64,000 bases of DNA from an uncultured Planctomycetota bacterium (GTDB lineage Bacteria; Planctomycetota; PLA2; JAEUHO01), in the NCBI GenBank assembly GCA_963772585.1, contig CAVYXV010000013.1:62555-126554 (forward strand). The letters run 5' to 3'. A program made the translations under genes and the position numbers. Below are positions 26,694-35,605 of this stretch, piece by piece. Below the pieces are notes generated by a model, which ran no database searches, had not been told where the DNA came from, and saw only the letters and a list, made by a program, of their open reading frames with translations. The stretch's first letter is position 1. Every line of letters begins with the position of its first letter.

Positions 26694-26882
26694 GGGCCCG
26701 TCCGTGAACAAGTGTCGCCCTTTGCACTCGCCTTCACGCCGCCTGCGGCCCTTCCTCGGTCGCGAATTCCTCAGCGTAGCTGGCGCTACGCCTCCGGATC
26801 CGCTCCCTCGTCATGACCACATCCGACGCGAATCCGAGCGTCCTTCTCAACACGCATTCCTCGGCCAGGCCCTAACGGAGAG

Positions 26883-27332
26883 TCAGTCGGGACGGTAGGC
26901 GCCGTAGCGCCGGAGATTCGTGCTCGCCGTGGCGGCCTGGGCGCTGAGCAGGGCGCGCACGCGCCGCGCGAGGGGACGGTTCAGGGCGTCCAGGGTCCGG
27001 GCGACCACCTCGCGCTCCGAAGCGACCAGCTCGTCGAGCAGGGCTTGGGTGTCCGCTTGCGCCGCCGTCTCGAAGGCGCCGAGCCAGGGCTGGTGGAAGG
27101 CGCCGGCCGGGACCCCTTCGGGCTGCGGCAGGCCGCCGAGGCTCTCGATGGCCTCGCTGAGTTGCCGGACGACCGCCCGGCGCTCGCTCTCGGACGCCAG
27201 GAACGCCAGCGACAGACGGCGGTCGTGGGCGCACTCGCGGGCTCGGCCGTACGCCCGCTCACCGGCCTTGGAGAGTTGCAGAAGGTCTTGCAGGACGTCG
27301 AGGGTCTCTTGCGTGGTCAGCCGGGTCATCAT
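26883..27332 (-). CDS. DUF2383 (PA2169-family) four-helix-bundle ferritin-like protein
   Basis: ATG-ATG at 27332/27329 with GGAGG upstream. Conserved LxxLLQLSKDGExxY and RRxxxAxxLxxLG motifs of the TIGR02284 family. Paralogue at 37427-37870. Confidence 0.7.
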   Translation of the reverse strand: MMTRLTTQETLDVLQDLLQLSKAGERAYGRARECAHDRRLSLAFLASESERRAVVRQLSEAIESLGGLPQPEGVPAGAFHQPWLGAFETAAQADTQALLDELVASEREVVARTLDALNRPLARRVRALLSAQAATASTNLRRYGAYRPD

Positions 27333-27446
27333 GGTCGCGGGCGCCTCCGTGAATGCGCCGGCGAGTCGCCGCCGCAAGGGCACGTCGTCCTCTGCATGCT
27401 CGTCCCGCACGACGCACACGCCGTGCCGCCTCGCCCGCATCATCAT

Positions 27447-27480
27447 TCACGAGCGGACGTTGAATCGCGGGGACCTGGCA
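27447..27480 (+). promoter_or_regulatory. copy (a) of a recurrent GG-N10-GC motif (sigma-54 -24/-12-like)
   Basis: cacgagcGGacgttgaatcGCggggacc; shares the ACGAACGGACGTTGMATCGCG core with copies at 29262, 35562 and 52881. Confidence 0.35.
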
Positions 27481-27565
27481 CGCATCTCGCGCCTTGCCTC
27501 GCGGCCCGGTCGGATGCGGCGCCTCCGACAGCCCGGCGCTTCGGACGTCCCACCCCCGGCCGTGA

Positions 27566-28070
27566 CCGTACGACGACGGCGAGTTCCAACGGCCCTTCGA
27601 GGCCCTGGCCGGCGCGGGTCACCCCTGCGCGGTCGTCGGATGCGACGCGGGCGAGCGACATCACCCGCCTTTGCGGAGGCAGCCACGCGACGGTGGAAGT
27701 CGCCGCGTCCCAGGCCCGCGCCACCGACTTCGACGCCCTGGTCGTCCCCGGCGGCCACGGCCCGGACCACCTGCGCCATCGCGACGACGTGGCGCGCTTC
27801 ACGCGGGACTTCTTCACCTCGAGGAAGCTCGTCGCCGCGATCGGTCACGGCGGTCAGGTCCTGATCGACGCCGGCGTCGTCGAGGGTCGCAGGGTGACGT
27901 CGGCGCCCGCGATCCAGCGGGATCTCGAGAACGCCGGGTCGGAGTGGCTCGACGTCGAGGTCGTCGTGGACGGCAACCTGATTACGTCGCGGGGCGCGAC
28001 CGACATCCACAGCTTCATCCGCGTGCGGAAGAAGGAGGTGGGCGCCGATTCGTCGTCGGAGGCGACGTAG
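27566..28070 (+). pseudogene. DJ-1/PfpI family protein, N-terminally truncated and frameshifted near 27655
   Basis: One frame encodes DDGEFQRPFEALAGAGHPCAVVG.DAGE and opens right after a TGA. A second frame continues ITRLCGGSHATVEV...DALVVPGGHGP...AAIGHGGQVL...VVDGNLITSR. No start codon covers the first beta-strand. Confidence 0.5.
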
Positions 28071-28540
28071 CGACGTGCCCGGCGGCCCGCCAGGACGCCG
28101 GTAGCTCGATCGCCCGGGTGCGGACGATCGCCAGCATCAACAGCACGAGGCCGGTCACCATGTCGCTCTGGGCCGGCCCGTCGGCATCGCCGCCCGCCGC
28201 GAGGTAGACGGAGGCAACGAGCCATCCGGCGGCACCGGTGACGAGAACGAGGGGACGGTCGGTTCCGTCCTTCATGCCCGCCGCGCGGCAAACGCCCCTC
28301 CACCCGCCCCGGCTGACGGCCCCGTTCATCGGCAATGGCGGAACGCCCCATCGGAACGACGGACTCCGACCCCTTCGGAGGCGGACGCGCGGGGCGGCGG
28401 CACTCCCGGCGGCGTGCCGGCCCGCATGCCGGGGCGAAGACGCGTACGGGGCGGGCCTCGCTGCCCACCGCTTCGGCCCGTGGGATCGGCACGGCTTCTG
28501 CGTGCCCTGCCAAGCCCCTCGACAAGGAAGGGGACCTCCC

Positions 28541-28828
28541 ATGAGCACCGACACCGACATGCGAGACGTGGAGACACGGCTGGAGAAGATCGGCCTCCAC
28601 CTGCAACAGATGACGCTCGATGCCAAGAAGGCGGGCTTGAAGCTGAAGGAGGAACGAATCGGGCTGCTGTCCGATCTCCAGCGGCGCTACGACGACGCCC
28701 GGCGACGGCTGGACGCCACGAAGACCTCCGCGGCGAACCGGGCCTCGACGGCGGAGCAGGAGTTCCGCAAGGCCTGGGAGGAGTTGAAGCTTCACTACGA
28801 GCGCGTCGCCAGGGGCCCCGCCGACTAG
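28541..28828 (+). CDS. small coiled-coil hypothetical protein (95 aa)
   Basis: ATG with AAGGAAGGGGA upstream. Heptad-like sequence with no known domain. Similar in layout to the proteins at 28886 and 38871. Confidence 0.45.
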   Translation: MSTDTDMRDVETRLEKIGLHLQQMTLDAKKAGLKLKEERIGLLSDLQRRYDDARRRLDATKTSAANRASTAEQEFRKAWEELKLHYERVARGPAD

Positions 28829-28885
28829 CCCACGGGCTGGACGACGGACCCCGAACGACGATCACGAGTCCATGCGGGGTCGATC

Positions 28886-29227
28886 ATGACGGAGGTTCGG
28901 AATAGCGGTACTGGCGATGCGAAGGCGTTCCGCCAGGAGGCCCGCGCGAGGCTGTCGCAAGAAGGCCCCGAGATGATCCGGCTGTTGTCCAAGGCACGGA
29001 GCCACCTCGCCATGCAGAGCCGGGGGCTGAGCGAGCAGATCGAGGCCTTGGTGCATCATCTGTCGTGCGTCCGGACCAAGGTCGATCGCATCCAGGCTGC
29101 GCGGGGTGAGGACCTCGAGGCGCTCGAGAGCGAGCTTGCGGAGGGTTGGACCGCGCTCGAGGGTTGCGCGGCACGCATCCAGGACAAGCTCGAGCGGTCC
29201 GCGCGGACGCACGCCCAGGGCAGGTAG
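28886..29227 (+). CDS. small coiled-coil hypothetical protein (113 aa)
   Basis: Open frame with helical/coiled-coil character. Adjacent to and co-oriented with the 28541 gene. Confidence 0.4.
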   Translation: MTEVRNSGTGDAKAFRQEARARLSQEGPEMIRLLSKARSHLAMQSRGLSEQIEALVHHLSCVRTKVDRIQAARGEDLEALESELAEGWTALEGCAARIQDKLERSARTHAQGR

Positions 29228-29261
29228 CTCGAAGGCGCCTTCCCGTTCGGACGTCCGCGAC

Positions 29262-29310
29262 GGCCACGAACGGACGTCCCGTCGCGCGCTTCGCGGGGAG
29301 TGCAGGCACG
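29262..29310 (+). promoter_or_regulatory. copy (b) of the recurrent GG-N10-GC motif plus an inverted partner, upstream of the sigma-54 activator gene
   Basis: ccacgaacGGacgtcccgtcGCgcgcttcgcggggagtgcaggc, then acggccgttcgtg as the inverted half. Confidence 0.35.
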
Positions 29311-29449
29311 ACGCCAACGGCCGTTCGTGCATAGTGCGGGCTGGATGCGGGATTCCCCCACGCCAACCTCTGGACGGCGGCTTGCGTACGACACCACGGG
29401 GCCACCCGCGCCCGTGCGCGCCGGTGTACTCTCGCGCTCCTGGGATTGG

Positions 29450-30889
<1,440 letters not shown>

Positions 30890-31013
30890 CCAGGCCACCC
30901 GCACGCGTTCGACGCTTGCGCGCGACGACCTCCCGAGCGCGTGCGACCCGGGTGGGATGCGACCGCCCGGTGCCCGCGTCCCACCACGGAGCCCTGCGCG
31001 GCGGGGGACAATG

Positions 31014-31032
31014 GGCCCGCTCATCGCAGTCG
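31014..31032 (+). promoter_or_regulatory. candidate sigma-54 promoter for the EncFtn-encapsulin operon
   Basis: tGGGCCCgctcaTCGCA matches the -24 GG / -12 GC elements with exact 10-nt spacing. The -12 GC lies 31 nt upstream of ATG 31061. A sigma-54 activator gene is immediately upstream. Confidence 0.4.
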
Positions 31033-31060
31033 AGGGAGCGCGTCCCAAGGAGGTCCCGAC

Positions 31061-31447
31061 ATGTCGGAAAGCAGCGGCGGTCTTCACGAGGCGAAGAGCG
31101 ATCTCGGCCCGGAGACCGTGGACCGGCACCGGGCGATCGCGTCCCTGATGGAAGAACTCCAGGCGATCGACTGGTACGAGCAACGCGTCCAGGCGACGCA
31201 GGACGAAACGCTCGGCGCGATCCTCGCGCACAACCGGGACGAGGAGAAGGAGCACGCCGCCATGCTGCTGGAGTGGCTTCGGCGCCATGATCCCGCCCTG
31301 GACGGCGAGTTGAGGACCTACCTCTTCCGCGACGGAGACATCACGACCTTGGAAGGGGCGGGAGCCGAGGGGGCCGACGACACGGGCAGTACGCCGCCCC
31401 GAACGACCCCGGACGGTTCGCTGGGCATCGGGGACATGGGAGGATGA
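31061..31447 (+). CDS. encapsulated ferritin-like cargo protein (EncFtn) with a C-terminal encapsulin targeting peptide
   Basis: AAGGAGG RBS. EncFtn ferroxidase motif (IDWYEQRV...ILAHNRDEEKEHAAMLLEWLRR). C-terminal ...DGSLGIGDMGG resembles the SLGIGxL cargo-loading peptide. Confidence 0.85.
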   Translation: MSESSGGLHEAKSDLGPETVDRHRAIASLMEELQAIDWYEQRVQATQDETLGAILAHNRDEEKEHAAMLLEWLRRHDPALDGELRTYLFRDGDITTLEGAGAEGADDTGSTPPRTTPDGSLGIGDMGG

Positions 31448-31463
31448 GAAGGAACCGGATGCA

Positions 31464-31590
31464 GTGTTTCGGCCGGCTGCGGAGCCACGACGCGCCTTGC
31501 CCCTTCGACGGGCTCACGGCGGCTGCGCCGCTCGCGGCTCCTCGCGAGGCCTCGGACCCTCGCCCCATTCCCTCAGACCCTCCGAGAGGA
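31464..31590. repeat. third member of the 165-bp repeat family, between encFtn and the encapsulin shell gene
   Basis: Shares ttcggccggctgcgg.(g/a)ccacga at its 5' end and cctcgg.ccctcg.ccc.tt.c.tca...ccctc.gagag.a at its 3' end with the tandem units at 12312-12646. Its 3' end supplies the shell-gene RBS (gagagga). Confidence 0.6.
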
Positions 31591-31597
31591 GACGACG

Positions 31598-32404
31598 ATG
31601 TTGTTCCTGCGGCGTGAACAGGCCCCGGTCTCGGAGGCCGCGTGGGCCCGGATCGACGCGGAGGCGAGACGCACGTTGCGCCTCCGCATGGGCGCTCGCA
31701 AGTTCTTCGACGTCCTCGGTCCGAAGGGGTGGGCCGACGCGTGCGTGAATCTCGGACGCAAGGCCGAGACCACGGGATTCGACCCCGGCGTGGACGCCGC
31801 AACGCGGCTCGTCCAGCCGCTGCTGGAGCTCCGTGTCCCGTTCACGCTGTCGCGCGCGGACCTGGATGACGTGGACCGGGGTTGCCCGAACCCCGATCTC
31901 GATCCCGTGATCGACGCGGCGAAGAGCCTCGCTCGCGCCGAAGGCCGGGTGCTCTTCCACGGCCACGCGGACTCGGGCGTGGTCGGCATGGCGGACGGCG
32001 GCACGCACGATCCGCTGCCGCTCCCCGAAGATCCGGAAGGCATTCCGGGCGCGGCGGCCGCCGCGGTCAACCTGCTCCGGGACGAGGGCATCGAAGGGCC
32101 CTACGGCATCGCGCTCGGGTCCCGGCCCTACACCGGCCTCGTGCAGGCGCCCGCCTCCGGCGGCTATCCCGCTCTCGATCGGCTTCGCAACGTCCTCAGC
32201 GGCCCGGTCGTCTGGGCGCCGTCGCTCGAGGGCGCGGTGGTGCTGAGCATGCGCGGCGGCGACTTCGAGTTGCACGTCGGCCAGGACGCCTCGATCGGCT
32301 TCCACTCGCACACGCCGGAAGACGTCCACTTCTTCCTGGTGGAGACCTTCACGATGCTGAATCTCACGCCCGAAGCGGCGATCGGCCTCCAGTACGGAGG
32401 ATAG
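31598..32404 (+). CDS. family-1 encapsulin nanocompartment shell protein (linocin M18 / CFP29 type)
   Basis: MLFLRREQAPVSEAAW...GRKFFDV, ELRVPFTL, RGCPNPDL, DEGIEGPYGIALG, GGDFELHVGQDASIGF, VHFFLVETFT. These are collinear with the T. maritima and M. xanthus encapsulin sequences. Confidence 0.9.
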   Translation: MLFLRREQAPVSEAAWARIDAEARRTLRLRMGARKFFDVLGPKGWADACVNLGRKAETTGFDPGVDAATRLVQPLLELRVPFTLSRADLDDVDRGCPNPDLDPVIDAAKSLARAEGRVLFHGHADSGVVGMADGGTHDPLPLPEDPEGIPGAAAAAVNLLRDEGIEGPYGIALGSRPYTGLVQAPASGGYPALDRLRNVLSGPVVWAPSLEGAVVLSMRGGDFELHVGQDASIGFHSHTPEDVHFFLVETFTMLNLTPEAAIGLQYGG

Positions 32405-32478
32405 ATGGCGGGGGACGTCGGAGCGTGTCTCGCCGGCGGGCGACCGAACCCCGTCGCCTGCCCGACAACGCCCGTCCG

Positions 32479-32904
32479 TCAGCTCCTCGGGGGCGCCGCG
32501 CTGATCTTCCCGAGTGCGGATCGGGAGGCGTGGTCCTCGGCGAGATCGCCCAGGGAGATGACGCCGACGGGTTTCCCGCCGTCGTCCGCCACGGGCAGGC
32601 GCCGCACCGCCTTCTCCTTCATGAGCTCGATCGCTCGATCCGGCGCGTCCGACATCGACAGGGTGACGAGGTCCCCGCCGCACGCGTTCTCGCACGTCGT
32701 CTTCCCGGGGTCCTTGCCCTCGGCGAGCACGCGCACGACGATGTCCCGGTCGGTCAGGATCCCCGTGAGCTTCCCCTTCGTGTCGGTCAGAAGCGCGTTG
32801 CCGACGTTGGAGTGTCGCATCCGTTGCGCGGCATCCAGGACGGAGGTCGTGAACTCCAGCGTCACCAGGTCCTTGCTCATCAACTCCGCGAGTGACGTCG
32901 TCAT
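32479..32904 (-). CDS. CBS-pair domain protein
   Basis: ATG at 32904 with AAGGAG 8 nt upstream. Two CBS motifs (VGNALLTD.KGKLTGILTDRDIV and RRLPVADDGGKPVGVISLGDL). Confidence 0.8.
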   Translation of the reverse strand: MTTSLAELMSKDLVTLEFTTSVLDAAQRMRHSNVGNALLTDTKGKLTGILTDRDIVVRVLAEGKDPGKTTCENACGGDLVTLSMSDAPDRAIELMKEKAVRRLPVADDGGKPVGVISLGDLAEDHASRSALGKISAAPPRS

Positions 32905-33011
32905 GGTCCTGGCTCCTTCTCGTGGCAGGCTCGCGGCCTCCCCGCGTTTCGGGGAGCGCCGAGGCCGTGGGCACCGCACGCTCCGTGCCGCCGTCGTCCT
33001 TCGTCGGGGCG

Positions 33012-33418
33012 CTACGCGCGGACGTGCGCGTAGAACTCCCGAACCCGCCGATCCATCGCCGCATCGACCGGCTCCTCCGCGTCGTACGCGGCACGCTCCC
33101 GGACCTTGCGACCTGGTACGGCCCTCGCGAGAACGCCCTCGGGCCCGTGGATCCCGGTCAGCACGGTCGGAGGCAGGAGGGCGCTTCGACCGGAGTGCCA
33201 GGGGCCGGTCCCCACCACCACGAAGGAGAGTTCCCGGGTCTCCGCGTCGAGGCGGAAGCCGCGCACATGTCCGATGGCCGGCTCGCCCACGGGACGACGC
33301 CGTAGCCGTGCACCTCGCGGCTGGCGCGGAGGTGGCGCTCGTCGCCGTCCCTCGCGGCGAAGCGGAAACCGTCAAGGCTCTCGATGCTGTGCAACCTCTC
33401 CTGCTCCGTCGGCACCAT
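33012..33418 (-). CDS. PRC-barrel domain protein; apparent frameshift between 33290 and 33160
   Basis: ATG 33418 lies 33 nt after the upstream gene stop and opens LDGFRFAARDGDERHL. A second frame continues VRGFRLDAETRELSFVVVGTGPW...LLPP, a PRC-barrel signature. Either one frameshifted gene or a 92-aa GTG-initiated gene (33290-33012). Confidence 0.4.
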
Positions 33419-33451
33419 CGTTGCGTTCCACGGAAGGGGACAGGGGTGCCG

Positions 33452-33739
33452 TCAGTCCCGGCTCCCGTGGCTTTCGAGCTGGTCGATGTCGCGCCGGAGA
33501 TGCTCGAGCCTCTCTACGATCTCGGGCCTCTGCGACTTCATGTGATCGGGCCCGAGTTGTGACCGTTTCACGAGATCCAGGATCTCCGCGTGCCGATCGC
33601 GAAGGCTCGCCCGCTGTTTCGTGAAGAGAGGGCTGGGGCCTTTGCCGGGCATCGGAACGCGAGGCGCGAGCACGTCGATCCGCTCTCCGTAGTCGTCCAT
33701 GGTGGACTTCCACTCGTCGAACGGGGGAGGCTGTGTCAT
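33452..33739 (-). CDS. small hypothetical protein (95 aa), first gene of a three-gene minus-strand operon
   Basis: ATG at 33739 with GGGAGGAG RBS. Hydrophilic. No known domain. Confidence 0.45.
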   Translation of the reverse strand: MTQPPPFDEWKSTMDDYGERIDVLAPRVPMPGKGPSPLFTKQRASLRDRHAEILDLVKRSQLGPDHMKSQRPEIVERLEHLRRDIDQLESHGSRD

Positions 33740-33895
33740 GGGGATCTCCTCCCGAATTCCGAACGCGGATGCCCTCTGGCACTCGATGACGGACCCGTGT
33801 CCGGCGAAGAACACGCGGCAAGCGCTGTGCCGGGGGAACGCGGCGCGTTTCGTTCCGCGCATGCGGCGGCCGCGGGGCCGGTGGCGGGCTGCCCG

Positions 33896-34813
33896 CTACG
33901 CCGTCGCCTTCTCGCCCAGGCGGACGAGCGCGCGCTGCCGGCCCTCGTCGAGCCGCCGGGCCCTCCGCGCGATGTCCGCCCACGGGTCGTCGCGGGCTCC
34001 GAGGCGCCGGAGGATGTTCTCCAGGCGCCACCGTCTCGCGTCGAGGTCCGGATCGTCGAGCTCGTCCCACTCCAGCGGGGTGGCCACCGGTGCCCCTTCA
34101 CGCGCCCTCACGGCGTACGGAGCGACCGCCGTCTGGCCGCGGGCGTTCCGCATCACGTCGAGATACACGCGGTCGCCTCGCTTCGTCTTCCGCACCTCCA
34201 GCGTCAGCGCTCGGGGCTGACGCCGTACGAGAACCTCCGCGGCCCCGCGTGCGAACGCACGGACTTCATCGAAGGTCCTTTCTGGCCGGATGGGGACCAC
34301 GACGTGCAGCCCCCGAGAACCCGTCGTCTGGACGAAAGGAACGAGATCGATCTCCCGCATGAGCTCCCCCAGTCGTCGGGCCGCCTCGCGAATCCTCCCG
34401 AAGGGAGCGCCCGCGGGGGGATCCACATCGAAGACGATCCGGTCGGGGTGGTCGAGGTCCGGCTCCCTGCTCAGCCAGACGTGCAGCGTGATGCACGCCT
34501 GATCGACCAGGAAGGCGAGGCTGGAGCGGCTCTGTGCCGTCAGCTGTCGCTGGTGGCCCTCGGCGGTCCGCACCGTCGTGCGGTGGACCCAGTCGGGCGT
34601 CCTGGCGGGCACGCGCTTCTGGTAGAAGCCCTCGCCCTCGATGCCGTCGGGGTATCGCTGGAGCGTGAGCGGCCGGCCCCGGAGGTGGCGCAGCATGGTC
34701 TCGCCGACCCCCACGTAGTAATCCAGGAGATCCCGCTTCGTCACGCCGCAATCCGGGAACAGGACCTTGTCGGGATGGGACAGTTCGACGCGCCCGAACC
34801 CATGGGCCATCAT
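33896..34813 (-). CDS. stand-alone LigD polymerase/primase domain (NHEJ PolDom)
   Basis: ATG-ATG with AAGGAGG RBS. HPDKVLFPD.GVTKRDLLDYY, GRPLTLQRYPDGI, FYQKRVP, and SRGLHVVVPI motifs of the LigD polymerase domain. Confidence 0.85.
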   Translation of the reverse strand: MMAHGFGRVELSHPDKVLFPDCGVTKRDLLDYYVGVGETMLRHLRGRPLTLQRYPDGIEGEGFYQKRVPARTPDWVHRTTVRTAEGHQRQLTAQSRSSLAFLVDQACITLHVWLSREPDLDHPDRIVFDVDPPAGAPFGRIREAARRLGELMREIDLVPFVQTTGSRGLHVVVPIRPERTFDEVRAFARGAAEVLVRRQPRALTLEVRKTKRGDRVYLDVMRNARGQTAVAPYAVRAREGAPVATPLEWDELDDPDLDARRWRLENILRRLGARDDPWADIARRARRLDEGRQRALVRLGEKATA

Positions 34814-34896
34814 TGAAGGTCCTCCTTGGCGCGTCCCCCCGCCCGGTCCCTCGCTTGCGGGCCGTGCCGCGCCCCGGAGCGCGGTCGGAGCGGACC

Positions 34897-35514
34897 ATGA
34901 GCACACGGAAGGAACCGCTGGAAACGTACGCGAGCCGGCGCTCGTTCGGCAAGACGCCCGAGCCGGATGTCGCCGACGACAGCCCGGTTCGCTGGCGAAA
35001 GGCCGACAATCCCATCTTCGTGATCCAGAAGCACGCCGCCAGCCGTCTGCACTACGACTTCCGTCTCGAAGTGGACGGGGTGTTGAAGTCCTGGGCCGTG
35101 CCCAAGGGTCCTTCCACGGATCCCCGGGAGAAACGCCTTGCGGTGGAGACGGAGGACCACCCCCTCGCGTACGCCGACTTCGAAGGGGTGATCCCCGAAG
35201 GCGAGTACGGGGCGGGGCGCGTGATCGTCTGGGACGCGGGGCCGTACCGCGTCCTGCCGGGCGAGGACGGCGAGGCACCGGACGCGGGCGAGGCGCTGCG
35301 GAAGGGGTACCTCGACGTCTGGCTCGAGGGTCGCAAGGTCCGCGGCGGATACGCCTTGATCCACGCGAAGGTCGGAGGGAAGCACGAGAACTGGCTCCTG
35401 GTCAAGCACGACGACGACGCGGCGGACGCGCGAAGGAAGCCCACGAGCACGCAACCCGAGAGCGTCGTGTCCGGGCGGACGATCGAGGAGATCGGTGACG
35501 ACGAGGACCCCTGA
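34897..35514 (+). CDS. stand-alone LigD 3'-phosphoesterase domain
   Basis: FVIQKHAASRLHYDFRLE.DGVLKSWAVPKGPS, TEDHPL.YADFEG.IPEGEYGAG; divergent from the polymerase-domain gene. Confidence 0.85.
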   Translation: MSTRKEPLETYASRRSFGKTPEPDVADDSPVRWRKADNPIFVIQKHAASRLHYDFRLEVDGVLKSWAVPKGPSTDPREKRLAVETEDHPLAYADFEGVIPEGEYGAGRVIVWDAGPYRVLPGEDGEAPDAGEALRKGYLDVWLEGRKVRGGYALIHAKVGGKHENWLLVKHDDDAADARRKPTSTQPESVVSGRTIEEIGDDEDP

Positions 35515-35561
35515 CGGGGCCCGTCGCCACACTCCCAATGCTGCGGGCTAGTTGGCACTAC

Positions 35562-35605
35562 CCACGAACTGGCGTTGAATCGCGCGCTTCGCGGGGAATG
35601 CAGGC
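35562..35605 (+). promoter_or_regulatory. copy (c) of the recurrent motif: CCACGAACTGGCGTTGAATCGCGCGCTTCGCGGGGAATGCAGGC
   Basis: Lies between the LigD phosphoesterase stop and the BON gene stop. TGGCGT-N5-ATCGC resembles sigma-54 -24/-12 with a 9-nt spacer. Its 3' half is near-identical to the copy at 29281. Confidence 0.35.

Noticed and set aside
22658-26707. 1349-aa ORF overlapping the ceramidase-like gene in another frame
   Set aside because: Arg/Pro/Gly-rich translation with no motifs. The 22854 frame contains all three hydrolase domains.
26694-26882. 190-bp lower-GC spacer between convergent genes with a 64-aa ORF (26704..26898)
   Set aside because: No RBS and no conserved motif. No obvious terminator hairpin or sRNA-like structure was seen by eye. 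Likely plain intergenic DNA.
28015-28275. 86-aa minus-strand ORF with two hydrophobic segments (MKDGTDRPLVLVTGAAGWLVASVYLAAG...LVLLMLAIV)
   Set aside because: Weak RBS. It overlaps the 3' end of the DJ-1 remnant on the opposite strand, and its C-terminus is Pro/Arg-rich. Probably spurious, though a small membrane protein cannot be excluded.
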